Source: a virus. From it: DNA of 42,822 bases. The notes beneath the pieces are model-generated. The model searched no databases, had not been told where the DNA came from, and worked only from the letters and a program-made list of their open reading frames with translations. The position numbers and the translations under genes are program-made. The stretch lies in UHGV virus genome UHGV-1378655; one strand, written 5' to 3'. Below are positions 6,951 through 17,106 of the stretch, one piece after another (the first letter of the stretch is position 1; each line of letters begins with the position of its first letter).

Positions 6951-9098
6951 TTATCTATATTTATCTCTGATATAATACATACCTTTTAATCCTACTTTTT
7001 TGTACAAACTGTTTATTGTTGTTGCTTGGAAATTACACCATTCGATAGCAGTAGCATATTGCATACGACCTGGATTACTAGGATTCCAACGCATTCTGTA
7101 TAAGGTGTTTTTACCTTTGTTAAAGTATTGTTTCCTAACGAACTTAGCACCACCTATAATACCATTACGTGGACTTGTCCAGCCTTGGCGTTTGGCATAC
7201 GCTATAGAAGCGTTAGGGTTGTTATCATATGCTGCAATACCAAAGTAGTTATAAATTCCATAGCGCCCACTAGCAAAGTTACTACGGCCATATCCACTTT
7301 CTAAGAAAGCGTGAGCAATTAAGTAAATTTCATTTACATTGTACTTCTTACAACCGTCTGCAAAAGCTTTACCTTGTCCAGATAAAGTGCCTTTACCTTT
7401 AAGTATCTTATTCAACTTACTTACTGATATACCTTGATATTTTCCTAAATCTAGCATTTGATAGCGTTGAGTTGAACTATTCCATATAGTGTTAGGATTC
7501 ATATACTTACTTGTTTGTGACCTAGAAGCATTACCCCAACCCCAACTATAAGATTTTTGAGGCATGCCATGAGCCATTTGTGCATTAAGCGCTTGTTGGA
7601 AAGTATATTTACTTTTCTCTACAACTACACGAGGTTTATTTGAAGTTCTGTTTGTCGTTTTTCCTGTCGACTTATCGTTCTGTGAAGGATTGTCGACCGA
7701 AGTTTTAGGTTTAATTTTTATCTTTGTCTTTGTAGTTGTTGTAGTAATTGTTTCTGTAAGTAATTTATCTCTTTTCAAATATAAACCGATAATTTTCTTC
7801 TCGACTTCTTTATATTTACTTTCATCAGGAATACCATTTTTGATTAAGTCGTAATTGATTAAATCTTTCATAGAACGCCATATGTTAGGATCTGCTTTGA
7901 TTGACGATTCAGAAAGTTTCACCTTACTCCAACTTAGCAACCAAACGCCGTAGATTAACGCTCTGATTTGATTGAGCATGAATTGGCGTTTGCTATCCGT
8001 TTGTCCTCCGCAAACTTCCATAACAAGCCAACCTGGATGTTCTGGTGCTTCTTCTGAATCAGGTCTAGGTGTCCATACACGCTCACGGTCTATATATACA
8101 TGAGGGTATTCATCTTCATTCACATATTTATTACGTTGTAAATACAATTCTTCAACAGAACGCATATGTGTACTCTCTTTGATATATATACCTTTTACTT
8201 TCCCTATCAACTTTTGCCCTTCAACCATATAATGATAAATATATTCCAAATCATCGTCTAAATCATATGCGAACGATGTATAGGAAACTTTGGTAACCTC
8301 TTTAGTTATAGGTTTCGTTTGTTCTTTTGTGTTTTTAGGAGTGTTTTCATTAGAGGGTTTGGACGGTGTACTACTTGGTTTCGATGGTTTCTTAGTTTCT
8401 GCGTGGTAGGGAGGTCTGACGAACCCACTTATACCATAGTATGTGTGTTTTTCTAACGAACCGGGAGAACCGGTATAACCGTTTGCATTTCGCCAATTTT
8501 GATCCACACTGGTGAAGTAACTCTTGTTAGATGGACCTACTACAACAGCTGTATGTCCTGTGCCATTATTAAAAGAACCTGTACCCCATACAGCCATATC
8601 TCCGGGTTTCGGAACAAAGTTTCTAGTATTCCTATAGAATTTGAACCCTTTAGGATATCTATACCACGCCATAGCAATCGCATTTCCTGTTGTTTTGAAA
8701 TGCCAATATCTATTGAAAATGTAGTTTGGTAAATCCCACAATTTTGTTACGATGACAATCGCCACTTGTCACCTTCTTCATATTTCTATGAATGTTCAGA
8801 CTATATCATCAACCTATTAGGTTGCTCCCCGTTTCCACTCGCTTGAGTGTACGTCTTTCGACTAGTCGTTGCACGTTCCTATTTATAGGCTTCGCTCATG
8901 ATTGCCTACAACATAACTTGTTTAGGGTTCCCATGAATTAGAGGAGTTTGCTATGATGATTACTCATCAAAGGTGCTAGATTCAACACTGGGCGCCATAA
9001 TAACCATCTACATCAACTCTTCTGCCAATCATTCTTTTTGCCCATGCTGCAACTTCCGAAGCAGTAGGTTTTCTTCTTTTAGGATTAGGTAATCCCAT
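6951..9098 (-). CDS. tail-associated peptidoglycan hydrolase (N-terminal CHAP, C-terminal glucosaminidase), split into two exons (9098-8985 and 8738-6951) by a 246-nt group I-like intron
   Basis: exon 1 reads MGLPNPKRRKPTASEVAAWAKRMIGRRVDVDGYYGAQC with RBS GAGGTGG; exon 2 resumes WDLPNYIFNRYW...; the Cys-His CHAP domain is restored by splicing; C-terminal LIAHAFLESGYG GH73-like motif. Confidence 0.7.
8739..8984 (-). ncRNA. ORF-less group I-like self-splicing intron (246 nt)
   Basis: begins after U of the Cys codon UGU; P1 GUGU paired to GCAC with G.U wobble; GNRA hairpin UGAUGA-GUAA-UCAUCA; P-like AAUUCAUGGGAA; Q-like AAUCAUGAGCGAAG; R GACUA; S GAUAUAGUC; P8 and P9-like hairpins (GAAA loop); terminal G before exon 2 UGG. 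Confidence 0.6.
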
Positions 9099-9236
9099 AT
9101 ATCCACCTCATTTCTGGGATAATAAAAAGCCGACTAAAAAGCCGGCTTAATAATCTAATTATTTACATTTACCAAACCAGAAACATTCCCAAAAACTTGC
9201 GCCTAAAAATAATCCGAACATGGTAACTCACCTCCT

Positions 9237-9569
9237 TTAAAGACCAAATATCATTTTGACAGTCGTTACGATTAAGGTTGAAATAATCGTACCGACAAGT
9301 CCTAACACCCAGAATTTAATCTTTTTGATATCTTCTTTACTTTCTTTTTTGTTTTCTTTTTCTAACTCCCTTTCTCTATTTATCGAATCTAAAGTAAAAT
9401 TCATTTTTTGATTAATCAAATTTTGACTGTGTTGTCCATCTTTAATCTTTTCCAAAGAGTCGAAGATTTTTTCGTCGTTATCTTCCAACCTTTTTATACG
9501 TCGTTCATAATCTCCTCTTTGGCTACTTTCTGTCATATAAACACCTACTTCACTTAAAATAAAAACCAC
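9237..9569 (-). CDS. hypothetical membrane-anchored coiled-coil protein
   Basis: RBS AAAGGAGGTGAG; C-terminal transmembrane segment; true start may be the internal Met (MTESS...). Confidence 0.55.
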   Translation of the reverse strand: MVFILSEVGVYMTESSQRGDYERRIKRLEDNDEKIFDSLEKIKDGQHSQNLINQKMNFTLDSINRERELEKENKKESKEDIKKIKFWVLGLVGTIISTLIVTTVKMIFGL

Positions 9570-9586
9570 AAGCTATTTAACTTGTG
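9565..9586 (-). terminator. hairpin terminator after the XkdX-like gene
   Basis: CCACAAG/CTTGTGG stem, then TTTTTATTTT on the minus strand. Confidence 0.45.
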
Positions 9587-9713
9587 GTTCGTAATCTTTA
9601 CCTGTAGTTTCTTTGAATTGCTCCGGAGTAATCCAACCAACTCTAACAAACTTTTTGAAAGTTTCGTCAGTGTATAATTTTTTCTTATATAAATCGATTA
9701 CTACTTTATCCAT
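9573..9713 (-). CDS. XkdX-family small phage protein (46 aa, not in the ORF track)
   Basis: MDKVVIDLYKKKLYTDETFKKFVRVGWITPEQFKETTGKDYEPQVK; start overlaps the upstream stop (TAATATG). Confidence 0.6.
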   Translation of the reverse strand: MDKVVIDLYKKKLYTDETFKKFVRVGWITPEQFKETTGKDYEPQVK

Positions 9714-9714
9714 A

Positions 9715-10074
9715 TTATGCTTCCTCCAATTTTTGATTTGCTTGTTCTTCAGTTATTAGTGCGATGTTCTGCTTCAAACTCATAACCTCTTCTTGTAAAT
9801 CGACAACTAAGCTCGTTAATTTAGCTATAGCAATATCTTTGTCATCAACAGGAATTTCTACTTCAGGCAACATCTTTTCTAGCTCATCTTGGGTTTGCCC
9901 AACCCATTTTTTACCGTCATAATAGCAAGGTAAGATGATACCTTGAGGAGGTTGGTTCTCTGTCCATTTTTCATCAGGATAAACATATTCATCTTCTTCG
10001 TTTTTGTGAACAATAATTGCTTGTCCATTTTTCCATAAATAAACTACTTTCATTTCATCACTCCGTCCATTCAT
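9715..10074 (-). CDS. hypothetical tail-accessory protein
   Basis: ORF in the baseplate gene block. Confidence 0.5.
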   Translation of the reverse strand: MNGRSDEMKVVYLWKNGQAIIVHKNEEDEYVYPDEKWTENQPPQGIILPCYYDGKKWVGQTQDELEKMLPEVEIPVDDKDIAIAKLTSLVVDLQEEVMSLKQNIALITEEQANQKLEEA

Positions 10075-11602
10075 ATTGACCGTAAATATAATCTGTATCA
10101 GTCCACGCTGATGGATCTACAGTAGCGTCAAAATTCACTGTTCCTGATGTGTTCAACGAAATACGTCCGTTGTTTTTATTTCTAGGTGTGCTTATTGAGA
10201 AAAACATTAAGTTTTTGACGAATTCTTTAGGTAAAAGTGCAATAGTCTGTCCATGTTTGATAGTTGTAGCATTAATGCGTAACATTTTCTTAGTAATTCC
10301 ATTTTTTGTGATTGTTCTGTATGCACTAGTGAATCCACCTTTAGTAACTAAGTCGTTATGAGACGATGCACTGTTCACTAGTTGTAAATCAATCCAACCA
10401 GTATCTACAACTTTAGGATTTAAAAGTACCCAACCTTTATCTATTCCATTAGTATGAATTGTTTTAGACCACAACTCATTAAGATAGTTTTGATGAAGTA
10501 ATATCTGTTTTCTTCCTTGTTTCCCTTCTGTGACATTGATTTCAGCTATATAAGCTACACCGCTTAAACTTTGAGGAGTATTTGTTATTTTGTAATCACT
10601 AGGAATTGAACATTCGTATAAACCGGGTTCCAAAGTTTCAACCGGTTCAGATAAAATTCCTAGCCATTGTCTTGTGCCATTGTTATCTGTAAATTTGTAT
10701 TTTTGCCAATCTAACTCATTTAATTTATTGTCTACATCACTTGGAGTAGTAAAGCCATCATTCTTAAGTGTTTCATTAAACGAATTAACTTTTTCATCTA
10801 TCGTTGTATTAGCGTTACTAACATTTGTATTAAAAGATTGAACGTTGCTATCATACAATTTTTGGAATGTATCTGAAGCTAAATCATAATCCGTCTTGAT
10901 AGCGTCACGTTTAGCATCTATTTGTCTTAACGCTTCTTCTCTCTCTAACTCGATGCTTTGGTTAGACGACAATAATGCGTCTGTAATGGCAATAAGAGCG
11001 TCTGCTTGAGCCTTGTTTATTTTAATGAGGTATTCTTCAGCTGTTTGCTTAATAGATTCAATCAACGTTTGTGTATCGCCTATATCTTGCTTAAGTTGTT
11101 GCACTTTCTTTTCTAATTCCGAACGCAAATCATCAAACATGCGAATATAAGATACTTTGATATCACTTTCGATTTGATTGATAAGACTATCACGTACTGT
11201 GAATTTAAAGGTACCTAACACAACAGTATCGTCTTTTCCTATATTGTTTACATCGTTAAGCGATAGGTAAATTTCACCCAACACTTCAGAATCGACTACG
11301 TTTTTCAGAAACCATTGAGGTACCGTAACACCTATTAATCCTTTCATTGAATCAATGAATTCTACGTCTAATACACCTGATGTACTAGGTCGTTTTTCTT
11401 CTGTTCCGTTCGCAGCTTTAAAGAAAGCATAACCTTTAACGTTCTTATCGCTGATTAACAAAGGTTTGTTGTCTTTTTGTACTACAAATTGAAATTTAGC
11501 AGTGTTTTTATCGAGATTATAAAAACCGATACCTCTATTAGATATCGGTTGTAAATACGGTTCTTCGTTTAAATCAAGTTTACCTACTTTTTCTAATTCC
11601 AT
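10058..11602 (-). CDS. baseplate upper protein (BppU-like) / tail fibre
   Basis: 514 aa with a central coiled coil; position after the beta-helix fibre gene. Confidence 0.65.
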   Translation of the reverse strand: MELEKVGKLDLNEEPYLQPISNRGIGFYNLDKNTAKFQFVVQKDNKPLLISDKNVKGYAFFKAANGTEEKRPSTSGVLDVEFIDSMKGLIGVTVPQWFLKNVVDSEVLGEIYLSLNDVNNIGKDDTVVLGTFKFTVRDSLINQIESDIKVSYIRMFDDLRSELEKKVQQLKQDIGDTQTLIESIKQTAEEYLIKINKAQADALIAITDALLSSNQSIELEREEALRQIDAKRDAIKTDYDLASDTFQKLYDSNVQSFNTNVSNANTTIDEKVNSFNETLKNDGFTTPSDVDNKLNELDWQKYKFTDNNGTRQWLGILSEPVETLEPGLYECSIPSDYKITNTPQSLSGVAYIAEINVTEGKQGRKQILLHQNYLNELWSKTIHTNGIDKGWVLLNPKVVDTGWIDLQLVNSASSHNDLVTKGGFTSAYRTITKNGITKKMLRINATTIKHGQTIALLPKEFVKNLMFFSISTPRNKNNGRISLNTSGTVNFDATVDPSAWTDTDYIYGQYEWTE

Positions 11603-14268
11603 TATTTAGCACCCCACAATACTAATGCTATTGCACATCCACGTTCTTCAGTGTATTCAGAAGTTATTTTCATGACACGACCTTTACCATTCACATTATC
11701 TTTACATCCTACACCTGCTCTACCGTTGATATAGTCGCCTGGTATAACGTCTTTTTCAATGTTCGTGTAGATTTGACCTAATAATCCGACTACATTCCAT
11801 TCAGGTCGTTCTGAACGTGATTGATAATCGATTTTGTCGTTATATTCAGGGTTTTCTACTGGTATGTCACGCCATTCAAATGAAACGTTGCCCTCATCAT
11901 CTACAAATTCAACTTGTTTTCTATTCGTGATAGTTACACCGTATTCATTTTTAAGAAATCTATCTTTATGGTGGAATGTTTTTTCATTCGCTACCAATGC
12001 AGCAGTTCCAGATATAACACCAATTGGTGTGTCATTAGGTTGTGCTTTTCTTATCTTATCTCCGTCTAATGTAACGATTGTACCTAAATCGATTGCTAAT
12101 CCATTTTGTGACTCAAATAACTCTGCGATATCGGCACTATCTTGTTTAAGTTGACCGGCTAAAGTTAAGTTTCCTGAATAAGTGCTTAAATCAAATTTAA
12201 TGTTAGATGTAGAAGCATTACCACTAGAACCATATCCAGCGACAACATGATAGTTACCAGGTGACTTAACACGATTACTATTCATAATCAGTTGTGTATG
12301 GCCTTTTTTATCAGTTTCAGAATTAAGTGAATTGATAATACCGCTACGTGAACCATAAGATTTGGAGTTAGCACCAGAACCTAATACAAAGCTACGATTA
12401 CTGTATGCTTTCGAACCTCCTGTTGACGCAATAACTGCACTAGCATTAGCTACGCCTGCACTTCCTGTAGACGCTATACTAGCGCCGCCTTTTCCAACTG
12501 TAGGAGGTGTGTCGTATTTTTCGCCGGCTATCCATGCAGGTGTTGAATAATTGTTTGCTGTGATACCACTAATCATAGCGTGGTTATTTGTCAAACGTAA
12601 TCCTATACCTGAACCATTACCGTGTAAATTACAATTAGTTATTTTAGTATCGTATATTTTACTTCCAACACCGATACCGATATTGTTAGATGAATTCCAA
12701 ATATTGATATTGTTTAAAATAACTCTTGAAGGTCTATTATCTCCGCCAAATAATCTGATATCTACTTCTGCGTTTTTAAAGTTACGTACATTAATATTAT
12801 TAAGTGAGATGTTTTCAGACATGAATTGGATGGCTATTGCTGGTTGTTTTTTATCTAGTTTTCCACCTTCTAATTTTCCGAAATCATCATCACCAATTGC
12901 AGTGAAATTATTGACTGATACATTTTTATAAGCACTGATTAATAATGCTCTAGGTGTTGAGCCTGGATACACACCATTGTATTTAGGGTTTAAAGCTAAG
13001 CAATTATTTAGCGCCACGTCATAAGCAGTCAAACTTTTATTGTCTGTTTTAGCTCTATGGTGACCGATGTGTCGAATGTTGTAAGCTCTTGTATCTTCGA
13101 TTGATACGTGACCGTTAACGAACACACCACTTGCAGCGTTTGCGTTACTGTGCGCTTTGATTTCTAAACCGCCGAAGTTACCTTTGGTTCTGTTGTTTGA
13201 TAAGAAAACAAATTGTGAGCCATCATCGATTTCAATTCCATTACTATTGCTACCACCAGTCGGATCATGAGCGTAACAATTAGAAATTGTAATATATCTT
13301 GAATGGTGAGTAGTGATACCGTCATCTCCGCAACCATATACCTCACAATTATCGATAAATATGTGTTTGCTTTCTAATGAATAAGGGACACGATTGCCAT
13401 CGCCCTCGTAGTAATAATTGTCATTTGCATACGTTACATCTATGCAATGTAGTAAAGCGTCATATGACTTAACGTTATAGATATAACCATTAGTCACACC
13501 CGCAAATCTAATGTTAGATGAACGAGAGCCACCGGTAGCTTTAAGTGTTTTATTTTGTCTAAACTTATTCCCGTTGAACGAAAAACTTTCTAATGAAATG
13601 TTTTCAGCTCCACCACTCATTTTTAAGTTAGTGATACCAATATTTTCTGCAGGTGTTTCGTCCATAAACTTAATTGTAGTAATGTCTTTACCTTGTCCTA
13701 CCAAACGAGAGTTGTTAGGCATTTTAATACCTGTTGTAAGGTAAGTACCACCACTCATAGTTACCTGTACATTGCCGTTACCTAATGCGTCCTGAAATGC
13801 CTTTGTACTGTCCTTTTGACCTGTTGGATCTCCTCCGAAATCATCAACGTTAACAATACGTTGTATTTTCTTAGTTAAGTCGGCTCTTAGTTCTTCTCTA
13901 GCGTTACTTTCTCTTAAAAAGTCGTGATATAGACGTTGGTGTAAAGAATCGAAACTTTGAGCGTCCATTGATGTGTGACTAGCTTTTAATTCGTTATTGC
14001 CATCACCGTTATGACCTAACACAAGATGTTCAATAAGTTCATCTTGATAATTTTCATGATTAGATAATACGACATCTTTACCTTTTGTAGTTTTGTGTTT
14101 GATTTGATCAGTTGTATGCGCATTTTTTTGAGTGGTTAAATGCTCGTTAAAAGTATCATCACTTTTATTAGTCCAGTATTTAATTTGTTCAAAGTTATTT
14201 TCTAGTTGACTTACAAACTTTTGACTAAAGTACGAGTGAAGTTTCGTAATTAAGTTATCTAATTTCAA
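11602..14268 (-). CDS. tail fibre / receptor-binding protein with a pectate-lyase-like beta-helix (putative depolymerase)
   Basis: 888 aa with repetitive G/N/S-rich beta-helix sequence (NGxxxN repeats). Confidence 0.65.
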   Translation of the reverse strand: MKLDNLITKLHSYFSQKFVSQLENNFEQIKYWTNKSDDTFNEHLTTQKNAHTTDQIKHKTTKGKDVVLSNHENYQDELIEHLVLGHNGDGNNELKASHTSMDAQSFDSLHQRLYHDFLRESNAREELRADLTKKIQRIVNVDDFGGDPTGQKDSTKAFQDALGNGNVQVTMSGGTYLTTGIKMPNNSRLVGQGKDITTIKFMDETPAENIGITNLKMSGGAENISLESFSFNGNKFRQNKTLKATGGSRSSNIRFAGVTNGYIYNVKSYDALLHCIDVTYANDNYYYEGDGNRVPYSLESKHIFIDNCEVYGCGDDGITTHHSRYITISNCYAHDPTGGSNSNGIEIDDGSQFVFLSNNRTKGNFGGLEIKAHSNANAASGVFVNGHVSIEDTRAYNIRHIGHHRAKTDNKSLTAYDVALNNCLALNPKYNGVYPGSTPRALLISAYKNVSVNNFTAIGDDDFGKLEGGKLDKKQPAIAIQFMSENISLNNINVRNFKNAEVDIRLFGGDNRPSRVILNNINIWNSSNNIGIGVGSKIYDTKITNCNLHGNGSGIGLRLTNNHAMISGITANNYSTPAWIAGEKYDTPPTVGKGGASIASTGSAGVANASAVIASTGGSKAYSNRSFVLGSGANSKSYGSRSGIINSLNSETDKKGHTQLIMNSNRVKSPGNYHVVAGYGSSGNASTSNIKFDLSTYSGNLTLAGQLKQDSADIAELFESQNGLAIDLGTIVTLDGDKIRKAQPNDTPIGVISGTAALVANEKTFHHKDRFLKNEYGVTITNRKQVEFVDDEGNVSFEWRDIPVENPEYNDKIDYQSRSERPEWNVVGLLGQIYTNIEKDVIPGDYINGRAGVGCKDNVNGKGRVMKITSEYTEERGCAIALVLWGAK

Positions 14269-14282
14269 ATTTTTTGACCTCC

Positions 14283-16139
14283 TTAGCCATAAAAACCATA
14301 AAAGTTTTTAATCAATTCATACATAATGACCTCGTGCCCTTTTTCATTAGGGTGTACCCCGTCAGGCATACTCGATTTTCTGTACGAAGGTATATTGGGT
14401 TTGAATTGTGTTGAATGATAAGCGTCATACACAGGTATATCCAGTTCGTTACAAGCGTCTATTTGAACATCTACATAATCAGCTAAAGTGTGACCTAAAT
14501 CGTTCTTAGTAGTGTCTTTTCCTACGGTTTTGCCGTCTTTTATATAACATTGTTTAGTAGGTGTCATAACAATTATTTTAGAGTTAGGGTTATTACTCTT
14601 GATTTTAGTGATAGCACTATAAAAGGCGCCGTAAAACGTTTTAGTATCCGTTTTATCAGTGCCTATATCAATATCATTAGTCCAATCATCATCTGTACCT
14701 TGAACAATGATTAAATCAGCTTTAATTTTGGTTGCTTGATCATAAATGCTATTATCTTTGTTTGTGCTCATTGTCGCACCACTAACAGCTAAGTTAGTTG
14801 ATTTAGCTTTTATCTTCTTAGCTAACATTTGCGTAAAGTTAGTTTTAGCGCCAGTACCTTTAGCTACAGAATCTCCAATAGTACCTATTGTTTTAACTTT
14901 TCTAATCTTAGACTTAGGTGTAAAGTCGTGAACGATAGTACCATTTGCAGTTGTAACACTCTTTGCATGCGCACTTTCTAATCTTCTTTTTATATCATCG
15001 GTTTTCTTCTGCAAATCTTGTGCAGTCTTAGTATTTGCATTATTTTGAGCTTGAATCATCCTTAAATCTTTAGCTGGATCAGATTTGTTAGATTTGATAG
15101 CTTTAACATAATTCGCAGCAGTATTTACTGCTTTCATGTATCTATCTTGTAATCTGAATTCCCCAAGCACTACGTCTTGTTTAATAATCTTGTTGTTAAT
15201 ATCTCGTTGTGTAGTGATTTCGATAATTCTAACAAACTCATTTAACCCTATTAAGTCATCGATTACATTAACAATATCCCCAACTCTAGGTACTGCTTCT
15301 TTAAAATGCTTTTGTAAAGAAATGAAGTCTAGTGTTACAGACGTTTTTAAACTCTCTTGTATAACTAACTCCATAGCTTTTTTAAGTGTATCCCCTTTAG
15401 TTATACGCCCATCTACAACAGGTGGCGCATGACGTTTGCCTACTAAGTCAGCTAAGGGGTGTGTGTACTCATATTGCAAGCTAGCTTCGTTAAAAGTTTG
15501 TTGCTCATCAAAGCCACCATATCCTCTAATGTATGTGTAACACTTAGAAGCATCTTCTTGGACTTTTACATTATTAGCATTGACACCTGCTTTAATGTAA
15601 TAGTTAGCTTTTCTTTGAACAATATCATATAAATGAAACGTCTTTGTTTTGGCGTTATATTCATATTCTAAGTTATATCTTTCCAAACCTTTTTTGAATA
15701 GTTCTAAGTTTGTATCATGATTACCTAGATTCTCAAATTTAGATGATGAAACCTTAGCGTGTAATTCATACTTATAACCGGTATTTCTAAAAACGAGATC
15801 AAAATAATTTTTACCAGTAAAACTACCGTTATATACTTCGTAGACTCGCAAGTTATTTAAATCATCTAATTCAACAGGACGCGCTTTTATCGTTAACTTC
15901 TCTTTCTGACCTATTGTCGTTTTATCTAACATAACAATACGGTACTCATTAACGTCGTTAGCACCACCAACGCCTGTAATCGTCCACATTTTAGTAATAG
16001 CCCCTATAGCGTCAAATGTAGCTTTGTTTTCTACCATTTCTATTTCTAAGGAGCCATCTTCATTTAATTTCTCGTTTAATTTTGTTTCTACAGGTAGGGA
16101 TTGCCCAATGCCCTGTAACGTTTTTAATAATATTGGCAA
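14283..16139 (-). CDS. tail-associated lysin (Tal) with a C-terminal SGNH/GDSL hydrolase domain
   Basis: GDSV block I and DGVHPNEKGH block V at the C-terminus; position after Dit. Confidence 0.7.
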   Translation of the reverse strand: MPILLKTLQGIGQSLPVETKLNEKLNEDGSLEIEMVENKATFDAIGAITKMWTITGVGGANDVNEYRIVMLDKTTIGQKEKLTIKARPVELDDLNNLRVYEVYNGSFTGKNYFDLVFRNTGYKYELHAKVSSSKFENLGNHDTNLELFKKGLERYNLEYEYNAKTKTFHLYDIVQRKANYYIKAGVNANNVKVQEDASKCYTYIRGYGGFDEQQTFNEASLQYEYTHPLADLVGKRHAPPVVDGRITKGDTLKKAMELVIQESLKTSVTLDFISLQKHFKEAVPRVGDIVNVIDDLIGLNEFVRIIEITTQRDINNKIIKQDVVLGEFRLQDRYMKAVNTAANYVKAIKSNKSDPAKDLRMIQAQNNANTKTAQDLQKKTDDIKRRLESAHAKSVTTANGTIVHDFTPKSKIRKVKTIGTIGDSVAKGTGAKTNFTQMLAKKIKAKSTNLAVSGATMSTNKDNSIYDQATKIKADLIIVQGTDDDWTNDIDIGTDKTDTKTFYGAFYSAITKIKSNNPNSKIIVMTPTKQCYIKDGKTVGKDTTKNDLGHTLADYVDVQIDACNELDIPVYDAYHSTQFKPNIPSYRKSSMPDGVHPNEKGHEVIMYELIKNFYGFYG

Positions 16140-16152
16140 TTAAGCAACCTCC

Positions 16153-17091
16153 TTACAAGTAATATCTTTTGTGTTTAAACGTGATTTTTTGAAGTTTCTT
16201 AGTAGTATGGAAAGTGTTCCAACCAGGCATTAATACAGGTTGTTGTTTTGTCTTGTTGTAATCATCAATACGTAAGTTATTACGATATACATGGATACCG
16301 TCAAATTTTATAACATCTCCTGCTTTCAACTCTAAACCACTTATTTTCATAATGTCGCTATGTGTCATGTAGAAGTTGAAACCGTCACTATCTTTTTTGC
16401 TAACGTTTTCTCCTAGAACCATTTCTACAACACTATCTTGGTTAAATTGATTTATTTCAGCTGTACCACCATAGTAAACATCTCCTACTTTAGTGTCATA
16501 GAATGTATATCTACGTTCCTTATGAGATGTGTTGAACGGGTTTTTGTCAGGAATACCCCATTTATTCAAATTACCACTCTCTTTTTCTAAATCTGTACTA
16601 TAGCCAATGCTCTCGAAGTATGGTAATTCAATCGTTTCGAAATCTAGTGTGAATTCACCTGATGTTTTAGTAGTGTCGAATGATACTTCATTAACTAAAC
16701 CGACGAATATTTGCCTACCATCAACATATTCCAATTCGAAAGATTGGTTTTTAGGTTCGAATATATTCTCGAATTTAATTTCACTTTCAGACGCTGCTAA
16801 TTCTCTAAGATAAAATTGTCCTCTTAGCATATTTTGTATGTTCGCTTTTAAATGAGAAGCGTAAGCTATCTTTTCTACATCGTACCTAACCGTCATAGAT
16901 ATACTTTTCTTTTCTTCTTTAGTAGCATTATGAAATCTACCGTTAACACGATCAATTTCATCAAACTTTCGGTCATAGCCTGCACCTTTAACATCGTAAG
17001 AAACAACTCTCAACGCAGTACCAGTAAAGCGATTGTTACTAATACGCAAACGTTCTTTATTTTTGTAAACTTCAACATCATGTAATATCAA
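16153..17091 (-). CDS. distal tail protein (Dit)
   Basis: 312 aa immediately downstream of the tape measure gene. Confidence 0.65.
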   Translation of the reverse strand: MILHDVEVYKNKERLRISNNRFTGTALRVVSYDVKGAGYDRKFDEIDRVNGRFHNATKEEKKSISMTVRYDVEKIAYASHLKANIQNMLRGQFYLRELAASESEIKFENIFEPKNQSFELEYVDGRQIFVGLVNEVSFDTTKTSGEFTLDFETIELPYFESIGYSTDLEKESGNLNKWGIPDKNPFNTSHKERRYTFYDTKVGDVYYGGTAEINQFNQDSVVEMVLGENVSKKDSDGFNFYMTHSDIMKISGLELKAGDVIKFDGIHVYRNNLRIDDYNKTKQQPVLMPGWNTFHTTKKLQKITFKHKRYYL

Positions 17092-17106
17092 TTAACAATC
17101 ACTCCT

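Noticed and set aside
6951-8765. Tail hydrolase starting at GTG 8765 with a CHAP domain that lacks its Cys
   Set aside because: An upstream exon with a proper RBS supplies ...GAQC and joins in frame across a 246-nt group I-like element. This is a split gene, not a degenerate CHAP.
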